Below are positions 48,951 to 57,939 of a stretch of 64,000 nt of DNA, one piece after another. The stretch spans positions 256,001-320,000 of IMG/VR virus record IMGVR_UViG_3300043177_000122. One strand, 5' to 3'. A program made the position numbers and the translations under genes. The notes beneath the pieces were generated by a model. That model worked only from the letters and a program-made list of their open reading frames with translations. It had not been told where the DNA came from and ran no database searches. Positions within the stretch are counted from its first letter, which is position 1. Each line of letters begins with the position of its first letter. This DNA is from a virus. Lineage: Duplodnaviria; Caudoviricetes.

Positions 48951-49943
48951 ATGTCTCCTACATTAGTAAAAATTTTAGTTGCTATTGGTGCCGTCCTCAC
49001 GATTGGCGTTTTGATTTTTATCATCTACATGCAGTTACAAATTAAGGCCCAGCAAACTGCTATTCAAACTCAGCTCGTTGAGCAAAAACAATTAGTAGAT
49101 GGAATCATGCGTAGTCAGAGCCAATATGCGACTAAACAAGATATTGATAAGTTTGCTAAAGATAACAATGTCAATCTAAAAGCAATTCAAGATGATTTAG
49201 ATAAGTTGAATGCTCAAGTTACTTCTATTAATGTAGTCATTGCTGCTAGCCGAGGGCAACATGGAACTAACATCCCGAGCACTCCGCCTGGTCCTAATAA
49301 TCCAACTAATCCAAATCCGGTAGATCCTAGCAATCCCGATCCATTTGGATATATGAAGACACAGCAAAATCTTGCTCTAAATGAAGATTTTGGTACTGTC
49401 AAAGTTCCATTTGGTCAAGTTGGATTTTCTGCCTGGAAGGATAAGCCTTGGTCAGTTGATATCTCTCAAAGAGATTATAATCTGGTTACAGTTGTTGGAA
49501 CTGATGAGAATCAAAGGCAGTATTTTTACAACAAGTTTAGTATAACGACTGGCGGCAAGACATACGATGTTCCAATCAAGATAGCTTCTACTAAACAAGA
49601 ATATCCAAGTCCAAAGTTTAGTTGGTGGAACCCAAGGCTATTGATGGGGCTGGATGGTGGGGTCAATATTACACACGGAAAAGGCGAGTTTACCCCAAGT
49701 GTTAATGTAGGAATTATGTCTTATGGGCAATATAAAACTACACCAGACCTATCGATTCTAGAAGTTGGTGTAGGTTATGGAACTATTAACAAGACTCCTC
49801 AAGTATTAATCACGCCAGTAGCTTATAATATTGGCAAGAATCTCTTTTCACCATTAATGAATAACACATATATAGGCCCAAGTTTTCAAGTTAGTACAGA
49901 TGGTTCTCTTGGGGCGGGTGCGGGCCTAAGGGTAGGTTTTTGA
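48951..49943 (+). CDS. N-terminally membrane-anchored protein with coiled coil and C-terminal beta-strand domain ending in Phe
   Basis: TM segment ILVAIGAVLTIGVLIFIIY, Q-rich coil, and C-terminus ...YIGPSFQVSTDGSLGAGAGLRVGF. Confidence 0.65.
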   Translation: MSPTLVKILVAIGAVLTIGVLIFIIYMQLQIKAQQTAIQTQLVEQKQLVDGIMRSQSQYATKQDIDKFAKDNNVNLKAIQDDLDKLNAQVTSINVVIAASRGQHGTNIPSTPPGPNNPTNPNPVDPSNPDPFGYMKTQQNLALNEDFGTVKVPFGQVGFSAWKDKPWSVDISQRDYNLVTVVGTDENQRQYFYNKFSITTGGKTYDVPIKIASTKQEYPSPKFSWWNPRLLMGLDGGVNITHGKGEFTPSVNVGIMSYGQYKTTPDLSILEVGVGYGTINKTPQVLITPVAYNIGKNLFSPLMNNTYIGPSFQVSTDGSLGAGAGLRVGF

Positions 49944-50782
49944 TGCTACATATTCTCACTTTGACATGGAACGCTGCTGATAAGATTACCAAGTTGTATG
50001 AATCACTCATGCCAGCTTTGGAAGGAATTGATTACCACTGGTGGATTAAGGACAACGCCTCTAAAGATGATACTGTTGCCCGAGCCAATACCTGGGGTGA
50101 TAAAGTTCATTGTATTGCATATAAGGATAATCGTCAGAACTTTTCAGAAGGCTGCAATTTTCTTTTCAATGAAGCAAAACCAAATGATAGTGACTATGTA
50201 ATGTTACTTAACAACGATATTATCTTTAAAGATAAAGAGTCTATCAAAAAGATGATCTCTATTATCGAGAAAGATGATTCGGTAGGTATGGTTGGTGCCA
50301 GGTTACTTTATACTGATACCGATCAGTTGCAGCACGCTGGTGTTGTTTTTAATCCTACTTATAAAACCCCTATGCACTTCCGTGCTGGTCAGCAAACAGA
50401 TGCTGATGCTGAACGCGATCGTGAATTCCAGGTAGTTACTGGTGCTGTTTGTATCACCAAGGGAGAATATTTCCGTAACGCAAACCCACAGACTAAATCT
50501 GGTATTGCTGGAATGGACGAAAGCTATCATTGGGCATTTGATGATGTAGATTTATGTCTTTCTATTAAGTACAATCTAGGTAAGAAGATTGTTTATTGTG
50601 GTGGAACCAATATCTTCCATGAGGAAAGCGCCTCTCTCAAAAAGAATCAGGTTAATAAACTCTTCTTACCACACAACTTGCAATATCTTTTCAAGAAGTG
50701 GCAAGGCCGTTATGCCATTGATCAAGAAGCTTATACAAAAGATTCCAGACTTAATTTATATCGAGGGACAAATGTCGGTTGA
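49943..50782 (+). CDS. GT-A glycosyltransferase, GT2 family
   Basis: ILTLTWN...IKDNASKD...YVMLLNND...VGARLLY...LQHAG...VVTGAV...MDESY...FDDVDLCL. Confidence 0.9.
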   Translation: MLHILTLTWNAADKITKLYESLMPALEGIDYHWWIKDNASKDDTVARANTWGDKVHCIAYKDNRQNFSEGCNFLFNEAKPNDSDYVMLLNNDIIFKDKESIKKMISIIEKDDSVGMVGARLLYTDTDQLQHAGVVFNPTYKTPMHFRAGQQTDADAERDREFQVVTGAVCITKGEYFRNANPQTKSGIAGMDESYHWAFDDVDLCLSIKYNLGKKIVYCGGTNIFHEESASLKKNQVNKLFLPHNLQYLFKKWQGRYAIDQEAYTKDSRLNLYRGTNVG

Positions 50783-51047
50783 AGTAGGGTATTATAAACA
50801 CTTCAAAGGTAATATTTACCAAGTTCTTGGAGTTGGTAAACACTCTGAAACTGGTGAAGAGCTAGTTGTATATTTAGGGTTATATGATGTCCCTCATGTT
50901 TTTGGTGCTATGTGGATTAGACCCGTTTCAATGTTTCTAGAAACCATTGAGAGAGATGGAAAGGTAATGCGACGTTTTGCACCAATCTCTTACAGAGAAG
51001 CAATGAGGGAGTTGTATCCTTCGCCACTTAATGCTGATAAGGTATAA
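50772..51047 (+). CDS. DUF1653-like small protein
   Basis: YYKHFKGNIYQVLGVGKHSETGEELVVY...MWIRPVSMF...RRF. Start moved to ATG 50772. Confidence 0.8.
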   Translation: MSVEVGYYKHFKGNIYQVLGVGKHSETGEELVVYLGLYDVPHVFGAMWIRPVSMFLETIERDGKVMRRFAPISYREAMRELYPSPLNADKV

Positions 51048-52019
51048 ATGAAAAAAGTTCTTGTTACAGGTACATGTGGTTTTATCTTTGGAAACTTTAT
51101 TCGCAAAGCCATCTATGATCAAAATCAAAAAAGGTCCCAGGATAAAGGGTACGTGTTTTCTAGTGTGGATCGTGTTACCTATGAAGGTAACTCCATGTAC
51201 TGGAACAAAAACCATACTTTCTACCCGGCTGATATCCGCGATCAACACATTATGGATGCCATTTTCAAATTTGAAAAACCAGATATCGTAATTCATGGGG
51301 CGGCCGAAACCTTCGTAGATACGTCATTGAAAGATCCGAACTCTTTCGTCACATCCAATGTGTTGGGAACTCAAGTTATCATTAACAATTGTCTAAAGCA
51401 CAAGGTAGAGAGGTTGATTTATATTTCCACAGATGAGGTGTATGGCCATCTTACCAGCGAGTCTGACCCGCCCTGGAAAGAGGATGCTCCACTTAATCCT
51501 AGAAATCCCTATTCAGCTTCTAAGGCTGCCGGAGAACTAATGGTTAAAGCTGCCCACCAGACTCATGGGTTAATTTATAACATTACCAGAAGTTCTAACT
51601 GCTATGGACCTCGCCAGTATGCTGAAAAGCTAGTCCCAAAGGCTATTAAGTGTATTATGGAGGGTCAGAAAATTCCTATCTATGGCCAAGGTTTACAGAT
51701 TAGGGATTGGACCTATGTGGCAGATAATTGTACAGCCATTATGGCTATCCTTGATCGAGGCGCCCCAAATGAGATATACAATATTTCAGCCAATCAAGAA
51801 TTCACTAACATTGAAACTATTAATTTGGTTTGCAATGCAATGGGTAAAGGGCATGATTTAATTTCTTTTATTCCAGATCCAAGGACCGGGCATGATTTTA
51901 GGTATGCGATTGATACCGCCAAGGTTCGTGAATTGGGCTGGAAGCCAACTTATAAATTCAAGGATGGCATCAGAGATACAGTACAATGGTATCTAGATAA
52001 TCCATGGTTTTTGAAGTGA
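51048..52019 (+). CDS. rmlB: dTDP-glucose 4,6-dehydratase-like NAD-dependent epimerase/dehydratase
   Basis: VLVTGTCGFIFGNF, YISTDEVYG, NPYSASK, NCYGPRQYAEKLVP, IYGQGLQIRDW, DPRTGHDFRYAID. Confidence 0.85.
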   Translation: MKKVLVTGTCGFIFGNFIRKAIYDQNQKRSQDKGYVFSSVDRVTYEGNSMYWNKNHTFYPADIRDQHIMDAIFKFEKPDIVIHGAAETFVDTSLKDPNSFVTSNVLGTQVIINNCLKHKVERLIYISTDEVYGHLTSESDPPWKEDAPLNPRNPYSASKAAGELMVKAAHQTHGLIYNITRSSNCYGPRQYAEKLVPKAIKCIMEGQKIPIYGQGLQIRDWTYVADNCTAIMAILDRGAPNEIYNISANQEFTNIETINLVCNAMGKGHDLISFIPDPRTGHDFRYAIDTAKVRELGWKPTYKFKDGIRDTVQWYLDNPWFLK

Positions 52020-52058
52020 TATATGTAGGCGAGGAATATACAATTTAAAAGGAAAATA

Positions 52059-53420
52059 ATGTCAGCAACATCTAAAACAGAAACAAACGAAAAAGAAGAA
52101 ATGGTAGACGATATTACAAAAGAAAAAGTTGAAGCGTCTGAAAATGCAGTTGATATGTCAAAACTTGCTGCACTTAAAGCGAAAAGCCAAGCTAAACAAG
52201 AGGAGACGAAAATGGCAGCAAAAATTGTATCAAAGAAAGATAGAAGCATTGTCCTAGGTGTATTAGGATCGGGACAAGCTGGTTCAAGGATTGCCGAAGC
52301 CTTTTATAAGCTAGGGTATGATGCTGTTGCGGTAAATACTGCAATTCAAGATTTGAAGTTTATTGATATCCCAGATTCCAACAAGCTATTACTTGAACAT
52401 GGTTTGGGTGGGGCTGCTAAGGAAATTGAAATTGGTAAAGCTGCCGCCGAAACTCATCGTGGTGAAATTCTTCAACTCATTAATGAAAAACTCCAGCACT
52501 CTCAAATCAATGTTCTTTGTTTAAGTTTGGGCGGTGGCTCTGGTGCCGGTTCATGTGAGACTTTGGTAGATATTTTATCAAATACTGGTAAGCCATTAGT
52601 TGTTATTACTGTTCTGCCAATGGATACTGAAGATGCCCAAACTAAATCTAATGCATTAGAGACTCTATCAAAATTAGCCAAATTAACCCAAACCAAAAGA
52701 GTCAATAATCTAATCGTAGTAGATAATGCTAAGATTGAAGCAATCTATCATAATGTAAGTCAGGTTGATTTCTATGGTACTGCTAACAAAGCCATTGTAG
52801 ATCCAATTGATGTTTTTAATACTCTTTCATCTATGCCATCTTCTGTTAAGGGCCTAGATCCAATGGAATGGGGAAAACTTTTCACTGATGGTGAAGGCTT
52901 AACTGTTTATGGTGAGTTGACAGTAGATAACTTTGCAGAAGATACTGCTATTGCAGAGGCTGTTGTCAATAACCTAAATGGCAATTTGCTTGCAGGCGGA
53001 TTTGATCTAAAACAATCTAGATATGTTGGTGTAATTATTGCAGCCAATAAAGATATTTGGGCAAAGATTCCCAGCTCAAGTATTACCTATGCTATGGCAA
53101 TGGTTAATGATCAGTGTGGAACTCCAAAGGGAGTATTTAAAGGCATCTACACTATAGATACACCAGATCCGGTCGTTAAGGTCTATTCTATGTTTACTGG
53201 GCTTGGTTTGCCAGACAGTCGTGTAACTCAACTAAAGAAAGAGGCTCAGGAACATATGCAGAATGTTAAGGGCAAAGATGAACAGCGCAATCTTAATCTA
53301 AACCTAGACACCGGAACCAATGAAACTGTTTCCGCAGCCCAAAAAGTTAAGGAAAAGATGGCTCAGAAAGCTTCCGCATTTGGTAAGCTAGTTGGTGGCG
53401 TAGTAGATAGGCGCAAGTAA
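52059..53420 (+). CDS. Tubulin/FtsZ-family GTPase (PhuZ/TubZ/CetZ-like)
   Basis: GVLGSGQAGSRI, AVNTAIQDL, SLGGGSGAG signature, VITVLP, IVVDNAK. Confidence 0.9.
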   Translation: MSATSKTETNEKEEMVDDITKEKVEASENAVDMSKLAALKAKSQAKQEETKMAAKIVSKKDRSIVLGVLGSGQAGSRIAEAFYKLGYDAVAVNTAIQDLKFIDIPDSNKLLLEHGLGGAAKEIEIGKAAAETHRGEILQLINEKLQHSQINVLCLSLGGGSGAGSCETLVDILSNTGKPLVVITVLPMDTEDAQTKSNALETLSKLAKLTQTKRVNNLIVVDNAKIEAIYHNVSQVDFYGTANKAIVDPIDVFNTLSSMPSSVKGLDPMEWGKLFTDGEGLTVYGELTVDNFAEDTAIAEAVVNNLNGNLLAGGFDLKQSRYVGVIIAANKDIWAKIPSSSITYAMAMVNDQCGTPKGVFKGIYTIDTPDPVVKVYSMFTGLGLPDSRVTQLKKEAQEHMQNVKGKDEQRNLNLNLDTGTNETVSAAQKVKEKMAQKASAFGKLVGGVVDRRK

Positions 53421-53680
53421 TGACTGAAATTGATGTATGGTATGGCGATAGTGATAGAAGGTCCCTTGAACCGATCAAGGACCTTCTACTCAAGTTTAAT
53501 CAAAACGGCCCGTCTGAGATTCAAATTACTGATAAGGTTTGGCTAGATAACATGGGCCTTGATGAGGACTATAAATATATTGTGACATACGAGAAATTAC
53601 CTGATGATTATTTTGTTAGTTATGATGCTTATGCTTGGTGTTATCCTGGTGAATGTAGTTTAAATACTAAATGGTGGTAA
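53420..53680 (+). CDS. Hypothetical acidic protein
   Basis: 86-aa ORF coupled to the tubulin gene (TAATG). Confidence 0.55.
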   Translation: MTEIDVWYGDSDRRSLEPIKDLLLKFNQNGPSEIQITDKVWLDNMGLDEDYKYIVTYEKLPDDYFVSYDAYAWCYPGECSLNTKWW

Positions 53681-53983
53681 ATGGAAACAGATATTCTAAA
53701 ACACTTCATTGGTAAGGATGTAGAAGTCCTTGTCTCTGGTGTTTGGATTGAAGGTCGTATGCATCCAATCTCAAAAGGAATAGTTACATTGATGCCTATT
53801 GATGTGACTGCTGCTTTTTATGGGCCAACCGCCATGAAGACAGAGGTAATCCAAGCTATTAGACAAATCAAAAAGAATGGACAAGTAGTATCAGATCCGG
53901 TACCAGAAGCAAATCAGCCACCTGTTGTTAGATCAAGTTTAGACCAGGTAACACCTGGTCAACGTTTTAAGAGGAATCAATGA
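53681..53983 (+). CDS. Small protein with possible Sm-like fold
   Basis: LKHFIGKDVEVLVSGVWIEGRMHPISKGIVTL fits the Sm/LSm helix-plus-beta pattern. Confidence 0.45.
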   Translation: METDILKHFIGKDVEVLVSGVWIEGRMHPISKGIVTLMPIDVTAAFYGPTAMKTEVIQAIRQIKKNGQVVSDPVPEANQPPVVRSSLDQVTPGQRFKRNQ

Positions 53984-54345
53984 AAAAGACTAAGAGACTT
54001 ACTCGTAGACAACTTAAGAACGCACAACAATTTTTGTCTGATTTAGATCAGCCAAAAAAGAGTCGTAGAAATACAAAATTAGTGCATGCTCTAAAGAAAC
54101 ACCTAACTAGTGTAGTAGAGAAGACTGCTCTTAAAGTTGCTAAAGTTGAACCAATTTTTAGCTTGGCAAACTATTTTGCTAAGAAAGCACAAAAGAGGCT
54201 AGAGAAACTTACTCAGCGCGAGGAAGATCGTCAAGCTAAGGCGGATAAGATTGCTGTCAGGGCCAAGTTGAAGGCAGCCAAGAAAGCGGCCCGTGAAGCA
54301 AGAGAAGCTAAAAGAGCTGCTAGATTAGCTAGAGAACAAGAATAA
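53980..54345 (+). CDS. Highly basic K/R/A-rich helical protein
   Basis: KAAKKAAREAREAKRAARLARE tail. Possibly nucleic-acid binding. Confidence 0.55.
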   Translation: MKKTKRLTRRQLKNAQQFLSDLDQPKKSRRNTKLVHALKKHLTSVVEKTALKVAKVEPIFSLANYFAKKAQKRLEKLTQREEDRQAKADKIAVRAKLKAAKKAAREAREAKRAARLAREQE

Positions 54346-54354
54346 GGCGGTTAC

Positions 54355-55221
54355 ATGGCAGAGTTGATTAAAGGAATTGATGTATCTGTTTACCAAGGCG
54401 ATAATATCAATTGGAAAGCAGTCGCAGCGGCAGGTTACAAATTCGTTATTTGTCGTTGCGGTGTAGGTAATGGTTCTAAAGATAAGAATTATGCAAAGAA
54501 TATAGCTGGTGCTAAAGCCGTAGGACTTAAAGTGGCAGCTTACCATTTTGTTTATCCGCTTCCTACTATTCCAAATCAACCATTACGCGATCCAAAAGCG
54601 CAAGCTAAGTTACATGCTGATTGGGCAGGCAAAGATATTTTAGCTGCATGTGACTTGGAGTGGCCTGAACCAGAAAATTGGAGCAAATGGGGTTGTACTG
54701 CTCAGCAAATAATTGATTGGACCGTAACTTATTTAGAAGAGTATGAAAGGCTAACTGGTATCCGACCAGTTGTTTATACTTATCCATACTTTGCTAAAGC
54801 TATTAATCTTCCAACATCATTTGCTCAGAAATGGCAGTTGTGGATTGCTAGCTATACGGCTAATCCAACTATTCCTAAACCTTGGACTGACTGGCTGCTT
54901 TGGCAAGACTCTGGCGGTAAAACTACAAATTTACCTGGTGGTGGGCCTGTGGATACCAATAAAGCCCGCGATCTGTCATGGTGGGAAAATTTTGAAAAGC
55001 GCAATGCTACACCAGAACCACCTCCACCAGAGCCGGTGCCAGAACCAACTCCTACACCAGAACCACCTCCACCAGAGCCGGTGCCAGAACCAACTCCTAC
55101 TCCAGTAGTTCCACCGCTCCCGCCGCCTCCAGTTCAGCCTACTGGTAATTCAAATTTCTTTGTTGCTTTTATTCAGGAAGTGATCGATTTGTTGAAAAAA
55201 GTATTTAAATTCAAGAAGTAA
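54355..55221 (+). CDS. GH25 muramidase (endolysin) with Pro-rich linker and amphipathic C-terminal helix
   Basis: KGIDVSVYQG, AAYHF, CDLEW (DxE), PVVYTY, LWIASY, WLLWQ, VDTN. Confidence 0.9.
   Translation: MAELIKGIDVSVYQGDNINWKAVAAAGYKFVICRCGVGNGSKDKNYAKNIAGAKAVGLKVAAYHFVYPLPTIPNQPLRDPKAQAKLHADWAGKDILAACDLEWPEPENWSKWGCTAQQIIDWTVTYLEEYERLTGIRPVVYTYPYFAKAINLPTSFAQKWQLWIASYTANPTIPKPWTDWLLWQDSGGKTTNLPGGGPVDTNKARDLSWWENFEKRNATPEPPPPEPVPEPTPTPEPPPPEPVPEPTPTPVVPPLPPPPVQPTGNSNFFVAFIQEVIDLLKKVFKFKK
55007..55100 (+). repeat. Perfect 45-bp tandem duplication encoding PEPPPPEPVPEPTPT
   Basis: CTACACCAGAACCACCTCCACCAGAGCCGGTGCCAGAACCAACTC x2, starting at 55007 and 55052. Confidence 0.9.
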
Positions 55222-55267
55222 TCGCGCTACAGTTACTGCAATTAGCATGTAAGATTTGTCGAGAAAA

Positions 55268-55291
55268 AGGTATCAGTTATATATGATACCT
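55268..55291 (+). promoter_or_regulatory. Inverted repeat AGGTATCA-GTTATATA-TGATACCT just before the helicase start
   Basis: 8-bp perfect arms with a TATA-rich loop, ending 2 nt before ATG 55294. Confidence 0.4.
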
Positions 55292-55293
55292 GC

Positions 55294-56820
55294 ATGGCGA
55301 AGATCGTAATCAAAGGCAACACGTCGCAAATTATCGAAGAAGCAGATGTTGAGCACATTCTTGCTTTGGATAAGCATTTGTCGTTTTACGTACAAGGTGC
55401 CGAACATACTGCTGCATTCAAGGGATATCTCAATCGTGATGGGGATTGGGTTAAGTGGGATGGCTTTAAAAAGCTACTCACTCCAACTCTTCAATTTCCA
55501 AGTGGGCTCGTAGAAAGAGTCAAAGACTTCTACCATACTGCTGGCAAAGATATTGAAGTAATAGACAAGAGAATTGCAAAGAGTCCTGGTAAGCCGCGCG
55601 ACATTCTTACAAATTTAAAAAAGATTGGCAAAGAACCGTACCCGTATCAAACGGAAATTCTTGATGTCATTGACAAATATGATCGAGGAATTATCAAAGT
55701 AGCTACAGGGGGTGGCAAGTCTCTCATCGCTGCTTTAATTGCTGCAAAATTAGGCAAGAAAACTATTATTTACGTAATTGGCAAAGATTTACTCTACCAA
55801 TTCCACGAGTTTTTCTCGCAATGTTTCGACGAACCAATTGGTATCATTGGAGATGGACAATGTCAAATTCATGATATCAATATCGCTAGTATTTGGACGG
55901 TAGGCCAAGCTATTGGTATGAAGAAGAATGAGATTCTTCTTGATTCGGATGACGATGAGAAGCTCATCAATAAGACTAAGTATGCTGATATTCTAAAAAT
56001 GATGAAAGAAGCGAAAGTCTCTATCATTGATGAATGTCACATGTCAGCTTGTGAAACTATTCAACAGATATTTAAACAATCAGCCACTGAGTATCTTTAC
56101 GGACTTAGTGGATCTCCTTGGAGAGATGATGGTGCCGATCTTCTAATTGAGTCTATTCTTGGTAAGTATATTGTTAATATTCCAGCTTCCAGATTAATTA
56201 GAGAAGGATATCTAGCCCAACCATTTATCAAATTCCGAGTTACACCACCGTACCCTTATGAATTGGAAAAGAATTATCAATCAATCTATAAGAACTATGT
56301 CGTAGAAAATGATGTTCGTAATGGCTTGGTATTAGATGCTGCAAAAACATTGGTCAAGAAGGGATATCAAACCTTAGTATTATTTAGTAGTATCAAACAT
56401 GGAAAGATTTTGTATGAACTATTTAAAGAACACATGAACTGTGCTATTCTAGACGGCTCCAACGATAAAGATGAAAGAGAAAAAGTCAAGAAGGACCTCA
56501 TGGCTCATAAAATTGATTGTGTTCTAGCATCACGTATCTTTGATATAGGCGTCGATATCCCAAGTCTATCGGGTCTAGTCATTGCTTGCGGAGGCAAATC
56601 AACAGTTAAAGCTTTACAGAGGGTTGGCCGAGTTATTCGTAAATATCCGGGTAAAAAGTTTGCTGTGATAGTAGATTTTGCCGATCAGGTTACGTTCTTA
56701 GATAATCACTCTCGTATACGACATAGTATTTATTCATCTGAAGATGGATTTAATGTGTCATGGCCTGTAGAAGTAAAGCAAACAAGGAAGAGGAAAAAGA
56801 AGAATGAACAAGAAGAATGA
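55294..56820 (+). CDS. Superfamily 2 helicase (UvsW/XPB-like)
   Basis: VATGGGKS, IIDECH, GLSGSP, FDIGVDIP, LQRVGRVIR. Confidence 0.9.
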   Translation: MAKIVIKGNTSQIIEEADVEHILALDKHLSFYVQGAEHTAAFKGYLNRDGDWVKWDGFKKLLTPTLQFPSGLVERVKDFYHTAGKDIEVIDKRIAKSPGKPRDILTNLKKIGKEPYPYQTEILDVIDKYDRGIIKVATGGGKSLIAALIAAKLGKKTIIYVIGKDLLYQFHEFFSQCFDEPIGIIGDGQCQIHDINIASIWTVGQAIGMKKNEILLDSDDDEKLINKTKYADILKMMKEAKVSIIDECHMSACETIQQIFKQSATEYLYGLSGSPWRDDGADLLIESILGKYIVNIPASRLIREGYLAQPFIKFRVTPPYPYELEKNYQSIYKNYVVENDVRNGLVLDAAKTLVKKGYQTLVLFSSIKHGKILYELFKEHMNCAILDGSNDKDEREKVKKDLMAHKIDCVLASRIFDIGVDIPSLSGLVIACGGKSTVKALQRVGRVIRKYPGKKFAVIVDFADQVTFLDNHSRIRHSIYSSEDGFNVSWPVEVKQTRKRKKKNEQEE

Positions 56821-57406
56821 TGATGGAGGGGCATTATCGCCTATTCCAAATGACAAATACAAAAAGTTCTTCGAAAAGTTTGCTGAGATAGATACCCTGG
56901 ATGTGTCGCAATGGAAGGTTGTCCACATCCTTGGTTATTTCTGCAAGAAGTATAAGCAGACTTACGGAATTGATTATTCTTGGAAGTTCAATAACCAAAG
57001 TCCCACTAAATGCTTTGAAGTATGGCAAGCTAACACACTAGCAGCCAAACTATCTGCAAACCCCAAGATTCTGCGAGATTACATCGATTGGGTTTTCGTA
57101 AACCACGTGCCAAAGACCAAAGCACGTTTCAGATCCGTCTCATTCATTACTAAAGATGAAATAGTGCAAGACTATAAAATGAATGTACTTCTTGCGGGGC
57201 AGAAAAACCTACAAGTAGATCGTTCAACACTTTTGCCGTCAAACTACGTGGACATTATCAAAGAGCTGGCGAATCTTAATGTTTCTACATATGGTGATTT
57301 GGCGTTCATTTCACAAATGGATCCAATGCCGGACAATATTACCAAAGCGTTAGCAAAATTGTCAGAATTTGGTTTAGATCAAGATGTATTGAAGAGGATT
57401 GTATGA
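56804..57406 (+). CDS. Hypothetical protein in replication operon
   Basis: 200-aa ORF overlapping both neighbours. Confidence 0.6.
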   Translation: MNKKNDDGGALSPIPNDKYKKFFEKFAEIDTLDVSQWKVVHILGYFCKKYKQTYGIDYSWKFNNQSPTKCFEVWQANTLAAKLSANPKILRDYIDWVFVNHVPKTKARFRSVSFITKDEIVQDYKMNVLLAGQKNLQVDRSTLLPSNYVDIIKELANLNVSTYGDLAFISQMDPMPDNITKALAKLSEFGLDQDVLKRIV

Positions 57407-57939
57407 ACTTAGGGCCACTTTCTATTGTTTCTAGAGGCAGCCATGTCAAGTATTTTCTACGCAGCGGAATGGTGCTAGAGGGAATTGTAGAAGAAGATAC
57501 CGCATCGCAGGTAGTATTAAGATCATTAGATGGCGAAAGCTTAATGATTATACACCGCCCCACGGAAGATATAATGCTAACCAAGGTAATACTCAGGACC
57601 ACACCCGAGGAAGCTCAGGTTGAACTAGAAAAACCACCAATTCGACCACTTGAAAAACAGGAACAAATCAAGGAAAAATTGCACGAAGCGCTACAAACTC
57701 CAGATGATCCTGAACTTCAAAAGAAGAGTATTGCAGAATTACGTCAGCTTGTTCACGAGCAAGAGCGTCAAATTATTGCGCAGAAAAGACGTGAGCATTT
57801 TGGCGTCCCCGGCTCAACTAAGATGACTCAGTATAGTTCACCCTATATGCTGAGAGTGCATCCTAGATCTAATACTGCACGATATCAACCCGGCAAATTG
57901 CCTAATTGGGTTTATGGCCGCTCACCGGAGAAAAAGTAA
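57403..57939 (+). CDS. Hypothetical protein (N-terminal Sm-like beta pattern, coiled C-half)
   Basis: VKYFLRSGMVLEGIVEEDTASQVVLRSLDG. ATGA coupling with the upstream gene. Confidence 0.5.
   Translation: MNLGPLSIVSRGSHVKYFLRSGMVLEGIVEEDTASQVVLRSLDGESLMIIHRPTEDIMLTKVILRTTPEEAQVELEKPPIRPLEKQEQIKEKLHEALQTPDDPELQKKSIAELRQLVHEQERQIIAQKRREHFGVPGSTKMTQYSSPYMLRVHPRSNTARYQPGKLPNWVYGRSPEKK

Noticed and set aside
50589-50771. N-terminal extensions given by the ORF track (also at 1675, 7920, 12904, 57906, 60858, 61414 and 62766)
   Set aside because: They overlap upstream genes or lack an SD. Downstream ATGs coincide with SD sites, stop-start coupling or the start of the recognisable domain.
52059-53420. 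Evidence for a nucleus-forming (chimallin) phage
   Set aside because: A tubulin alone is insufficient. No chimallin or multisubunit phage RNAP is visible here, and a sigma factor is present.
55007-55100. Direct repeat as a CRISPR array
   Set aside because: The copies abut with no spacers and encode a Pro-rich linker; no cas genes are present.
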